A stretch of DNA of 55,286 bases from Candidatus Methylomirabilota bacterium. Its GTDB lineage: Bacteria > Methylomirabilota > Methylomirabilia > Rokubacteriales > CSP1-6. The stretch covers positions 1 through 55,286 of the forward strand of contig JBKPAK010000193.1 of assembly GCA_046726415.1 (NCBI GenBank), read 5' to 3'. Within the stretch, counting starts at the first letter, position 1. Each line of letters opens with the position of its first letter. Shown here one piece after another: positions 31,856 to 41,490 of the stretch. The notes under the pieces were generated by a model that saw only the letters and a list, made by a program, of their open reading frames with translations, was not told where the DNA came from and searched no databases. The position numbers and the translations under genes are program-made.

Positions 31856-33336
31856 GCCTCGTCGTCGGGGCGTTGTACCTTGTCGCGGTGGTCGCGCTCT
31901 TTCTGTACGGTCTCAACGCCTACGTCCTGCTCGCCGTCCACTGGTGGCACCGCGGCCGCGCCATGGTCACGCCCGGGGCTCCGGCCGAGTGGCCGCCGGT
32001 GACCGTGCAGCTGCCGCTCTACAACGAGCGCTACGTCGCGCGCCGCCTGCTTGAGGCAGTCGGCACGCTCGACTATCCCCTCGACCGTCTGGAGATCCAG
32101 GTCCTCGACGACTCCACCGACGACACGAGTGAGATCGTCGCCGAGACGGCGGCGCGGCTCCGCGCGCGCGGGCTGACGATCGTCCACCTCCAACGCCGCG
32201 TCCGCACGGGATTCAAGGCGGGCGCGCTGGCGGCCGGCCTCAAAGAGGCGCACGGCGAGTTCCTGGCCATCTTCGATGCCGACGCGCTGCCGGAGCCCGA
32301 CTTTCTCCGGAAGACCATCCCGCACCTCGCCGACACCCGGGTCGCGGTGGTCCAGGCGCGCTGGGGGCACCTCAACCGGGACTTCTCGCTGCTCACGGTG
32401 GCCCAGGCGCTGGGGATCGACGGCCACTTCGCCGTCGAGCAATCGGCCCGCTCCTGGGGCAACCTGCTCCTCAACTTCAACGGGACGGCTGGCGTGTGGC
32501 GCAAAGCCGCGATCGAGGACGCGGGCGGCTGGACGCACGACACGCTAACCGAGGATCTGGATCTGAGCTATCGCGCCCAGCTGCGCGGCTGGCAGATCGT
32601 CTATCGTCCGGATCTCGTGTGCCCGGCGGAGCTGCCCGTCCTCATCAGCGGATTCAAGTCCCAGCAGCGACGCTGGGCCAAGGGCTCCATCCAGACGGCC
32701 CTGAAGCTCGGGCCGATGGTCGCGCGCGCGCCGCTCTCGCCCTGGATCAAGTACCAGGCGTTCATGCATCTCACCTACTACGCGATCCATCCCGCTATGC
32801 TCACCGTCGTCCTGCTGTCGGTGCCACTGCTCGGCGCCACGGAGCTGGCGCCGGAGGGCAACGTCCTGCTCGGCGTCAGCCTCACGTTCACTCTGGGCGT
32901 TCTCGGGCCTGGCTTCCTGCTGCTCTACGCCCAGTGGGTGCTCGATCCCGGCTGGCTTCGTCGCGCATGGCGGCTGCCCGCGCTCATGATCATCGGCGTC
33001 GGCGTGGCATGGAGCACGAGCCTGGCCGTGCTGGGTGCGCTGCGGAGGAACGACCTGGAGTTCGTGCGCACGCCGAAGTTCGGCATCGGACCGGGCGGCG
33101 GCCAGTGGCGTGGCAGGGGGTACGCGGACGGCCGTCGGTGGGGCGCCTGCATCGAGATCGTGCTCGGCCTCTACTCCGCCTGGAGCGCCTGGCTCTACTT
33201 CGTCTACCAGGGCTACGCCGCCGTGCCCTTCCTCGTGCTCTATGCGACGGGGTTCCTCGCGGTCGGCACCCTCACGCTCGTCCACGCCGCGTCTGGGCGC
33301 ACCGCGGACTCGGCGCGCGCCGGCGGGCGTCCATGA
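31852..33336 (+). CDS. Cellulose-synthase-like GT2
   Basis: VQLPLYNE, GFKAGAL, FDAD, TEDLDLS, QQRRWAKG. Confidence 0.9.
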   Translation: MSLVVGALYLVAVVALFLYGLNAYVLLAVHWWHRGRAMVTPGAPAEWPPVTVQLPLYNERYVARRLLEAVGTLDYPLDRLEIQVLDDSTDDTSEIVAETAARLRARGLTIVHLQRRVRTGFKAGALAAGLKEAHGEFLAIFDADALPEPDFLRKTIPHLADTRVAVVQARWGHLNRDFSLLTVAQALGIDGHFAVEQSARSWGNLLLNFNGTAGVWRKAAIEDAGGWTHDTLTEDLDLSYRAQLRGWQIVYRPDLVCPAELPVLISGFKSQQRRWAKGSIQTALKLGPMVARAPLSPWIKYQAFMHLTYYAIHPAMLTVVLLSVPLLGATELAPEGNVLLGVSLTFTLGVLGPGFLLLYAQWVLDPGWLRRAWRLPALMIIGVGVAWSTSLAVLGALRRNDLEFVRTPKFGIGPGGGQWRGRGYADGRRWGACIEIVLGLYSAWSAWLYFVYQGYAAVPFLVLYATGFLAVGTLTLVHAASGRTADSARAGGRP

Positions 33337-34031
33337 TCAGCGCCATCGCGGTGGCGTTGCTCGTGCTCGGAGCCGGGCCGGTGGGCGCCACGGCGCTCAC
33401 GGGCGCGGCGGGACTCGTGGCGGAAGGCGAGCACCACTGGAGCACCTCACCGGAGCCCGGCAATCCGGTCGCCTGTGCCACCTGCCATCACGATCCCGGC
33501 GAAACGCTGGGCTGGGCGGCGTCCTTTCCGAAATATCGTGCGCTGCCGCCGCCCGACGGTCGCGTGATGACGCTGCTCCAGGCGAACGCCGAGGCGGTCA
33601 GGCGCCACTACGGGCGTCGCGATCCGGAGCGCGTCGCCGTCGCCATCACCGCGTACCTGACCTGGCGCGGCGCCGGTGTTCCGGTCGCGCCAGGCATCGT
33701 CGCCGGTCAGCCCGTGTTCGAGACGCGCCTGCATGCCCTGTCGGCGAGCGTGGCGCGAGGAGAACGCGTCTACGCGCGCCGGTGCGGCGCCTGCCACGCC
33801 GCCGCCACGGTCGCGAGGGTGACCGCCCGCTTCCCGCGCGTCGTCGACGGCCGGGGGCAGTCGCTCGAAGGTTTCATCGCCGGTCACCGTCCGGGACAGC
33901 CATCCCTCGCGTGGGATTCACCCCCGATCGCTGACGTCATCGCGTTCTTGATGTCGCACCTCGTCGGCCGGCCGGTGGGAGGCTCGCCGCGGACGGCCGG
34001 CGTACCGTCGATGCCGGGTTACCGTAGATGA
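33333..34031 (+). CDS. Exported diheme c-type cytochrome (SoxA/TsdA-like)
   Basis: Signal peptide, CATCH and CGACH, SFPKY. Confidence 0.7.
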   Translation: MISAIAVALLVLGAGPVGATALTGAAGLVAEGEHHWSTSPEPGNPVACATCHHDPGETLGWAASFPKYRALPPPDGRVMTLLQANAEAVRRHYGRRDPERVAVAITAYLTWRGAGVPVAPGIVAGQPVFETRLHALSASVARGERVYARRCGACHAAATVARVTARFPRVVDGRGQSLEGFIAGHRPGQPSLAWDSPPIADVIAFLMSHLVGRPVGGSPRTAGVPSMPGYRR

Positions 34032-34729
34032 AGGAGACATCCGACATGCGCATGCTCGTGGTCGGCTCACTGGCACTCTGGGTCATCGTGATCACACTGC
34101 CGCTGGCCGCCGACGCCGCGACGCTGATCACGGGCACGCTGCGGACCAAGGAGGGTCAGCCGCTCGCCGGCCTGGCGTTGCTCGAGAAGGGCGAGATCCA
34201 CAACAACCGCTGGGACCGCGGGGCGGTCGCCGATGCGAGCGGCCGCTTCCGCATCGAGCTGTCCGAGGGCGGTCAGTATGGGCTCCACGTCTACGCCAGC
34301 GGCTACATCTACAAGCCGAACCCCGTCAAGGTCGAGACCGGTAAGGCGCTGCAGATCGACGTCGTACTCGTGCCCGAGCCGACGCGCGCCAACGATCCGG
34401 TCATCAAGCGCGTCCAGTTCGTCGCCGCCACGCAGCCGAAGGGCAAAGCGGTCGTGAAGCTGGAGGTGAGCGACCCCAACGGCGACTTGGGGCCCCAGGT
34501 CATGGCGTTCAACGCGGCGACGGGGCAGGCGTTCGCGATGACGCCGCCCCGCTGGGTGTGGAGCCTCAAGTCCAACTATCCGAACGGCGTCTACCAGCTC
34601 GAGGTCGACAGCGCGAAGGCCCCGGGCGAGCCGCGCCACTGGCACTTCGTGGTGGCCGACCACCAGTGCAACACCACCGACGTCCTGAGCTTCCCGCATC
34701 AGCCGACACCACCGCAGGTCGTGAAGTAG
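34028..34729 (+). CDS. Secreted beta-sandwich (carboxypeptidase-regulatory-like) protein
   Basis: Signal peptide; ITGTLRTKEGQPLAG..DASGRFRI..YASGY. Confidence 0.6.
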   Translation: MKETSDMRMLVVGSLALWVIVITLPLAADAATLITGTLRTKEGQPLAGLALLEKGEIHNNRWDRGAVADASGRFRIELSEGGQYGLHVYASGYIYKPNPVKVETGKALQIDVVLVPEPTRANDPVIKRVQFVAATQPKGKAVVKLEVSDPNGDLGPQVMAFNAATGQAFAMTPPRWVWSLKSNYPNGVYQLEVDSAKAPGEPRHWHFVVADHQCNTTDVLSFPHQPTPPQVVK

Positions 34730-35397
34730 TGAAGATCGCCGCCGTCGCGATCATGGCCAAGGCGCCGCAGGCGGGAGAGGTCAAGACTCGGCTGTCTCCT
34801 CCCCTCTCGCGTGCGGACGCCGCGGAGCTCTACCGCCGCTTTCTTCTCGACAAGATCGAGCAGGTCGCGAAGCTGAAGGCGGCCAGCCTGGCGATCGCCT
34901 ACACGCCCGCCACAGCAAGGGCATTCTTCGAAGAGATGGCGCCGGGTTTCGTGCTCGTCGAGCAGCGGGGTGCCGGTCTAGGCGACCGGCTGGCGCACTG
35001 CCTGGGCGAACTCCTGAGCAGAGGCCATCAGGCCGCCATGGCTATCGATAGCGACACACCGACGCTGCCAGTCGGCTTCTTGCAGCAAGCGGTCGACCTC
35101 CTGACGAGGCCCGGGGTTGACGTGGTGCTGGGCCCCACCCGGGATGGCGGCTATTACCTGATCGGCCTCCGAGCCATGCACCGTGAGCTGTTCGAGGCGA
35201 TGGCATGGAGCACGAGCGCCGTCCTGGCGGAGACCATCCGGCGCGCCACCGCGAAGGGGCTCCAGGTCGGGTGCCTTCCGACCTGGTACGACATCGACAC
35301 CCCGGAGGATCTCGACCGGCTGCGCGCCGAGCTGGCGGCACCAGGCGACGGCGCTCCACGGCACACCCGCACATTCCTACTGGAGCGGACGGGATGA
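34729..35397 (+). CDS. DUF2064/TIGR04282-type transferase (rSAM/selenodomain-associated)
   Basis: MAKAPQAGEVKTRL, QRGAGLGDRL, SDTPTLP, LGPTRDGGYYLIG, DIDTPEDL. Confidence 0.88.
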   Translation: MKIAAVAIMAKAPQAGEVKTRLSPPLSRADAAELYRRFLLDKIEQVAKLKAASLAIAYTPATARAFFEEMAPGFVLVEQRGAGLGDRLAHCLGELLSRGHQAAMAIDSDTPTLPVGFLQQAVDLLTRPGVDVVLGPTRDGGYYLIGLRAMHRELFEAMAWSTSAVLAETIRRATAKGLQVGCLPTWYDIDTPEDLDRLRAELAAPGDGAPRHTRTFLLERTG

Positions 35398-35939
35398 AGC
35401 GCCTCTCAGAGACCCCCTGGAAGACGGTATCCACGCGACCCTTGTATCAGAATCCCTGGCTGTCCCTGCGTGAGGATCTCGTGGAGCTGCCCAATGGACG
35501 CACCACGATCTACGGCGTGGTGAGTTGCGGCGAGTGCGTGGGCGTTCTCCCATTCCTCGATCCCGATACCGTCCTCCTGGTCCGGCAGTACCGGTACGTG
35601 GCGCGCCGGGCGACCTGGGAGATGCCGACCGGCGGTGTCCATGTCGGAGAGTCGGTCGAGATGGCGGCCCAGCGCGAGCTTGCCGAGGAGACCGGTTTCC
35701 GTGCCGCGCGGCTGACTCATGTGAGCACCTATCACACCAGCAAGAGCATCATGGACGAGACGGCGCACTTGTTCCTGGGCGAGGAGCTGACGAAGCTTGC
35801 GCTCGCCCCGGACGAGACGGAATTCATCGAGGCCGTGCCCTTCTCGTTCCCGGAGACCTTGAGAATGGTGCGCACGGGAGAGATCGTGGACAGCATGACG
35901 ATCATCGCCGTCCTCCATGCTGCGCAGAGGACTCGCTGA
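35394..35939 (+). CDS. NUDIX hydrolase (ADP-ribose pyrophosphatase-like)
   Basis: LVRQYRY, GGVHVGESVEMAAQRELAEETG. Confidence 0.9.
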   Translation: MKRLSETPWKTVSTRPLYQNPWLSLREDLVELPNGRTTIYGVVSCGECVGVLPFLDPDTVLLVRQYRYVARRATWEMPTGGVHVGESVEMAAQRELAEETGFRAARLTHVSTYHTSKSIMDETAHLFLGEELTKLALAPDETEFIEAVPFSFPETLRMVRTGEIVDSMTIIAVLHAAQRTR

Positions 35940-35979
35940 CGGGCGGACCGACCTCCGTGGGACGGCACTGACGGCGACC

Positions 35980-36711
35980 ATGGGAGCCGTGCGCGAGCAC
36001 TACGACGCGGTGCTCTCCCAGTACTACTCACGCATGTTCGGCGAGTTCGAGGCCAAGGTCGCCGAACAGCAAGCGTTGCTCGAGCGTGTCGGTATCACCC
36101 TCCGGCCGAATGGCGGTCTGGCGGTGGATCTCGGCTGCGGCTCGGGGTTTCAGTCCATCGCGCTGGCGCGCCTCGGATTCCGGGTGCTGGCGATCGACTT
36201 CAGTCCTCGGCTCCTGGCCGAGCTGAGTGAGCGAGCGCACGGCCTGCCGATCACGCCGCTTGAGGGCGATATTCGCGACATCGGCACGCTCGGACCGACG
36301 GGAGTCGAGCTCGTGGTGTGCATGGGCGATACGCTGTCGCACCTCGATCACGAAGGCGACCTCGATCGGGTGTTCACGGGCGTCGGGACTCGCCTCGCCA
36401 TCGGAGGCCGATTCGTCCTCACGTTCCGCGATCTCAGCGGACCGTTGCACGATCTCGACCGCTTCATCCCGCTCTGCAGCTCCGATGATCTGATCATGAC
36501 CTGCTTCCTCGAGTATGAACCCAGCCATGTGAGGGTTCACGATCTCATCTGGATGCGCCAGTCCGACGGATGGCACTTCCGCAAGGGTGTGTACAGCAAG
36601 CTGCGGCTCGCGCCTGACGCCGTTGTCCGGCGACTCGAGAAGGCCGCGTTCACGGTCGAGCGTCATGCGGCATCGGTTGGCATGGTGACACTCGTCGGCA
36701 CCCGTCGGTGA
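35980..36711 (+). CDS. Class I SAM methyltransferase
   Basis: VDLGCGSG, CMGDTLSH. Confidence 0.85.
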   Translation: MGAVREHYDAVLSQYYSRMFGEFEAKVAEQQALLERVGITLRPNGGLAVDLGCGSGFQSIALARLGFRVLAIDFSPRLLAELSERAHGLPITPLEGDIRDIGTLGPTGVELVVCMGDTLSHLDHEGDLDRVFTGVGTRLAIGGRFVLTFRDLSGPLHDLDRFIPLCSSDDLIMTCFLEYEPSHVRVHDLIWMRQSDGWHFRKGVYSKLRLAPDAVVRRLEKAAFTVERHAASVGMVTLVGTRR

Positions 36712-36727
36712 GCCGTGCTCCTGGCCG

Positions 36728-37432
36728 ATGGGCATCAGGAGCGTTCGTCTCCTCGCCGCTGCGGCCCTCGCCGCAACGGTCTGTCTCGATCCAGCGCTCG
36801 CGGTCGATGCCGATCGCTTCCCGAAGCCCGACCGGCCGGTGGCCAGTGTCGTCTCGCCCAGGTACTCGAGCGAAGAGGTTCGTGACCGCCACGGAGAAGC
36901 CGAGCGAGTCCTGAACCGGCTAGGCATCCGCGAGGGCATGCGAGTCGCCGACATTGGAGCGGGCGACGGCTACTACACGATGCGGCTCGCTCGCCGGCTG
37001 GGCGAGGCGGCGACGATCTACGCCGAAGACATCCAGCGCGAGTACCTGGAGCGACTGGAGGGTCGATTGCGACGTGAGGGAATGTCGTACGTCCACATCA
37101 TCCGAGGCGAGCCGCGGGATCCCAGGCTGCCACCAGGCGCGGTCGATGTCGCGATCCTCGCGCACATGTACCACGAGATCGAAAACCCTTACGAATTCCT
37201 TTACCGCCTCTGGGGTTCGCTCGCCGCGGGGTCTCGCGTCGCGGTGGTCGATGTGGACAGGCGCACCGAGAAGCACGGGACGCCGCCGCCGTTACTGCGG
37301 TGCGAGATGGCGGCGGTCGGTTTCCGCCAGGTGGACTTCATTCGCCTCGCGCCCGCCGACGGCTATCTCGCGGTCTTCGTGCCCCCCGACGCGCTCCCGG
37401 CCATCGCGACGATCAAGCCCTGCCGGCAGTGA
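36728..37432 (+). CDS. Exported class I SAM methyltransferase
   Basis: Signal peptide, VADIGAGDGYY, MYHEIENP. Confidence 0.82.
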   Translation: MGIRSVRLLAAAALAATVCLDPALAVDADRFPKPDRPVASVVSPRYSSEEVRDRHGEAERVLNRLGIREGMRVADIGAGDGYYTMRLARRLGEAATIYAEDIQREYLERLEGRLRREGMSYVHIIRGEPRDPRLPPGAVDVAILAHMYHEIENPYEFLYRLWGSLAAGSRVAVVDVDRRTEKHGTPPPLLRCEMAAVGFRQVDFIRLAPADGYLAVFVPPDALPAIATIKPCRQ

Positions 37433-37795
37433 GACGGCCGATGGAACCAGAACGCGGCGATTCCCTGACTCGTCGTCGCCTCGACATCGCCGACGCATGC
37501 CGGTCGACCTCGGCGGTCAGCGGCGAACTTCAGGTGCTCCCGAAGTTCCATCGGTAGGTCTTCATCCCACATTCCGTGTTGCCGCGTTGACCACGGGGCA
37601 TCCGCGAACACGACTTCTCCGCCTGGATGAGCTCGGCAGCGGGCGTGGCACCGCCGGCCTCTGGCCGAAGAGCTGCACGAGCTGATAGTCCTCGCGCGCC
37701 GCGCGATCGCCGCACGCGAGCAACAGCAGCCGACCTCGTCAGCGATCGACGTGCGCGCCGCTGAGGAGCGCGCGTCCCGAGACGGGAGCCGGATT

Positions 37796-38326
37796 CTGCA
37801 GTACAGCGTCTGGCGCAGCCTGATGGGCCGTCACCGCGATTTCTGGCGGCTCGCCGAGGACGGGCTCGTCCACGCCTGCAAGAGCCTGGGGCTCGCGCTG
37901 ACCTCCGAGGCCCGTCCCCGGCTGCTCGAGACCCTGACGCCTTTCCCGACGTGAAGCCGGGCCGCCAAGCGTTGAAGGCGCTGGGCTTCCGGCTCGCCAT
38001 CCTCTCCAACCGCGAGCCCACCAGGCTGGAGGCGGCCGCGCGCAGCGCCGGCATCCTGCCGCTCCTCGACCACGTCGTCAGCGTCGAGGAAGTCAAGATC
38101 TTCCAGCCGAGCCGCGCGTCTACAACCTGGCGCCGGAGCGACTGGCCGTGAGCAACGCAGAGCTGGGGTTCGTGTCGTCGAACGCCGCCGGCGCCGGCGC
38201 GGCTTCGGCGGGCCTGCGTACCTTCTGGATCCAGCGCAGCGCGGCCGAGCCGTCAGAGGAGCTCGGCTTCGGGGCGGAGCAGGTCGTGCACGCGCTCACC
38301 GACCTGGTACCCTCGTGCACCGCTGA
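37796..38326 (+). pseudogene. Degenerate second copy of haloacid dehalogenase
   Basis: Collinear with 25228-25765 but 5'-truncated and frameshifted. Confidence 0.8.
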
Positions 38327-38376
38327 CGCCGCGGCGTCGCCTCCGGATGGGGGCCAGATCCGCGCCCCCATCCCAA

Positions 38377-38820
38377 TCAGCGCGTGGCGCGCTCGACGAG
38401 CCGCTCAAGCCCTTGACGCACCGGCTCGAGCGCGGCGGCGGGGACGTCGTGACGGGCGGCCAGGTACGCCGGCGCGTTGTAGGTCAGCCAGACCTGTCCG
38501 CGCTCGTCCTCCCACGCCAGCGCCTTCAGCGGCAGGTCGATGCCGAACGTCTGTCGGGCCTGCATGAGCGGCGTGCCGGCTTTCGGATTGGCGAAGAGCA
38601 GCAGGGCGGTCGGGCGAAGCGTCTGGCCGGCCTTGGCCGCATTGGCACCGTGATCGATGCGCGCGGCGATCACGGCGCCGGCGTCGCGCGCGGCCTGCTC
38701 GAGGCGGTCCAGCGTCTCGGCGACGCTGTGCGCGCTGCGCACGGTGACGAGCCCGGTGTCGGCCAGCGCGTCCGGGGCCGTGACCAGGAGCATGACGACG
38801 AGCCCGAGAGCAATCCGCAT
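38377..38820 (-). CDS. DUF302 protein
   Basis: Signal peptide, ARIDHGANA, FANPKAGTPLMQ, DLPLKAL. Confidence 0.88.
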   Translation of the reverse strand: MRIALGLVVMLLVTAPDALADTGLVTVRSAHSVAETLDRLEQAARDAGAVIAARIDHGANAAKAGQTLRPTALLLFANPKAGTPLMQARQTFGIDLPLKALAWEDERGQVWLTYNAPAYLAARHDVPAAALEPVRQGLERLVERATR

Positions 38821-38869
38821 GACAGCCTCCCTCCGCGCCACGGATTCACGCGGCTCTCGACCGTGGTGA

Positions 38870-39583
38870 CTAGATCGTGGTGGTGAGCTCGAGCAGCCAG
38901 CCGGGCATGTGGTCCACCAGCCAGGCCTCGACGACCTTGTCGACGCCGGTGAGCACGACAGCGCCGACGAGCAGCAGCAACACCCCCAGCGTCGGCTTGC
39001 CGAGCGCGGCCAGTCCAGTCAGCGGGACGCCGCGGCGGAGCGCGGCGTGGCGGGAGCCGTACGCCAGGACCAGAATCGGCGCGACCGCGCCGAGGCTGAA
39101 CATCAGCATGACCGCCGCCGCGCGGCACAGGTCCTCGCTCTGCGCCGCCAGCGCGATCGCGGCCGCCAGCGTCGGGCCCGTGCACGGCGTCCAGACCGCG
39201 CCGAGCAGCGCGCCGAGCACGACCTGGCCGCCGAGGCCGCCCGGCCGCCGCGCGATCAGGGCGCCCGCCCCTCTCGCGAGCGGCGCCGCGAGGCGCGCCG
39301 CCAGGTCCTGGAGCCTCGGCACCAGCAGGACGGCACCGGCGAGCGCCATTATCGCCGCGGCCAGGCCGCGGGCGACGTCACGCTCGAGGCCGAGCGTGAA
39401 GCCGAGCGAGGCGAAGAACAGGCCCGTGGCCGTCGACGAGGCCACGAGCCCGGCTGCGAGCGCGAGCGGACCAGAGCGTCGCTCCTGCAGCGCGCTGGCG
39501 ACGACGATCGGCAGCAGCGGCAGCACACACGGCGACAGCACCGAGAGGTTGCCCGCCGCGAAGCTCAGGACCACCGCACCCAC
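38870..39583 (-). CDS. CcdA/DsbD-type transmembrane electron transporter
   Basis: LSPCVLPLLP and WTPCTGPTL. Confidence 0.88.
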   Translation of the reverse strand: MGAVVLSFAAGNLSVLSPCVLPLLPIVVASALQERRSGPLALAAGLVASSTATGLFFASLGFTLGLERDVARGLAAAIMALAGAVLLVPRLQDLAARLAAPLARGAGALIARRPGGLGGQVVLGALLGAVWTPCTGPTLAAAIALAAQSEDLCRAAAVMLMFSLGAVAPILVLAYGSRHAALRRGVPLTGLAALGKPTLGVLLLLVGAVVLTGVDKVVEAWLVDHMPGWLLELTTTI

Positions 39584-39595
39584 GAGCCAGGTACC

Positions 39596-39988
39596 CTAAA
39601 GGGCCGCCTCGAAGAGCTTCTGGATGTCTGCGGGGTCGGTGACAGCGGTCGAGCGCATCGCCTCCGTCTTGCCCTTGAAGGCCAGCAGCGTGCTCTGCTG
39701 GCTCACCTTCCAGCGCCTGAGCAGCTCCTTGCTCGAATCGAAGTCGACCTGGTACACGGCGACCTTCGCGAAGCGCGGATCGTTCGAGAGCCTGTCCACG
39801 ACAGGCTTCTGCTGCTTGCAGACCGGTCACCAGGGCGCGTGGACGAACACGACGATGCCGCGGCCAGCGTCCTGGGCCTCCGCGAAGGCCTTGGCGTCGA
39901 AGGGCGCAACCGCTGCTGGGGCCAGCCCCGGCGCGACGACCCCGACGACGAGCGCGACCGCGACGAGCGCGAGGATACGGTGGCGCAT
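39596..39988 (-). CDS. Exported thioredoxin-family selenoprotein (UxxC, Sec54), 130 aa
   Basis: Signal peptide, VHAPW-U-PVCKQQ, TGA 39827-39829; perfect hairpin 39789-39807; RBS. Confidence 0.92.
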
Positions 39989-40057
39989 CGGTTCCCTCCT
40001 GGCCCCGCCCGGTCCGGCGGGCGGCCACGGACATTGTGCCCGCCCGGTGCCCGCGTG

Positions 40058-40074
40058 TGTCACAACGCTGTGAA
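40058..40074 (-). promoter_or_regulatory. Repeated 17-bp motif, copy 4
   Basis: TTCACAGCGTTGTGACA on minus, 70 bp upstream of the thioredoxin ATG. Confidence 0.6.
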
Positions 40075-40098
40075 CACTCACCTGACCGAGGAGAACGT

Positions 40099-40880
40099 AT
40101 GACGACGATCCGCATGGTCGACCCTGCCGCGGTGACCGGAAGGGTCCGGGAGATCTTCGACGCCGCGCTGCGCCGCGAGCGGACGGTCTTCGGCGCGACC
40201 GAGATCTCCAACATCTGGCGCTGCATGGGCCATTCCGCCGACCTGCTCGAGGCGAACTGGAACCGGTCACGTGCCCTGATGCAACGTGGCGACTTCACGC
40301 CGCTGCAGCGGGAGCTCATCGCGACGGCCGTGTCCATCGCGAACGCCTGAATCGACTCCCACGTGGCCGCCGCGGCTGGGTGTGGACGAGGTCGGCGTGA
40401 CGGAGCTGTCACCGAGCACGCCCGCTCCCTGGCCACCGTCGCCGCGGCCCTGCTCCTCGAGTCGCTCGACGGCGAGACGAGCCTGATCGGCCCGGCCGAG
40501 GGGCCTGGCGATCCCGAGGTCGCGGCTATCCTCGAGGACATCGCGGCGTGGGCCCGAGCCGCGCTGGGCCAGTCAGCGGTGCCGATCCTGTGGCGGATCC
40601 TCTCCCGCAACGCGCACTATCTCGGGGCCACCTGGCGCAAGGAGGTGGCGCTCATGCGCGACGGCGCGCTGCCGGCCCGTGACAAGCGTCGGGTCGCGCT
40701 CGCCGTGGCGATGGCCACGCGCGGCCGCTACATGATCGAGTACTACACGCGGGCGCTCCGTCAGGCGGCGACACCGACCGCGATCTCCTCGAGATTCTCG
40801 GAGTCGTCGACCACTACACGACGCTGAACACGCTCTCCGAAGCGATGCAGATCGAGTCGGACATCCGCGCGCAGGCCTGA
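40099..40880 (+). pseudogene. Degenerate second copy of the AhpD/CMD selenoprotein
   Basis: TGA retained at 40348-40350, CHY codons deleted, further 5-, 7- and 1-bp deletions relative to 25767-26573. Confidence 0.8.
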
Positions 40881-40907
40881 CGCTGCTGCGGCCAGGCTCG
40901 AGCGTTG

Positions 40908-41417
40908 CTAGGTGGCTGCGGTGTCCGCGTCCTCCCGGACCTCGATCGTGCGCCCGTCGACGCGCAGCGTGGCGTCCCAGGTGATCGTGATGGCGTCCTT
41001 TACGCTCTGGTGCGCGGGACACCCGTGGACGTGAACGGCCAGCGCCCGCTCGGTCGCCTCCCTGGCGTCGGGTGGAACGGCCACGTCATAGTGGACGTGG
41101 ATCGACGTGATGCGGATCGTCTTGCCGATGCCCGAAATGCGGCCCTCGACGGTCGCGACGTAGCTGTCGCGGTCGAACGGGATCTTGCGCCCTGCCAGGG
41201 CGCCACGCAGGGTGCCGTACATTCAGCCGGCGACGGCGGCGACGATGTGGTCGAGGGTGGACGCGATCGGCGGCCCTTCCTTGGCGCCGTAGTACTCGCG
41301 GAGCTTGCCCTGCACGCCGTAGGTCACCGGCTCCGGAACGTCGCCCAGGAAAGCGCGGCGGTAGCCGTCGCGAAACTCCAGGCGTGCACGCGAGACGTAC
41401 TCGAAGTCCTCAGCCAT
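40908..41417 (-). CDS. OsmC-like selenoprotein (Sec65), 169 aa
   Basis: STLDHIVAAVAG-U-MYGTL, TGA 41223-41225; second Cys in HVHGCPAHQS; hairpin 41187-41203. Confidence 0.87.
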
Positions 41418-41490
41418 GGTTCCTCTCCCTTGGGCCGTGGCCTGCCCACGGCGCTGGTACGTGGACGCTCGCGCCCGCGGAGCGGGCGCC

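Noticed and set aside
37440-37790. Possible gene remnant on minus (..ECGMK..)
   Set aside because: Too fragmented to assign
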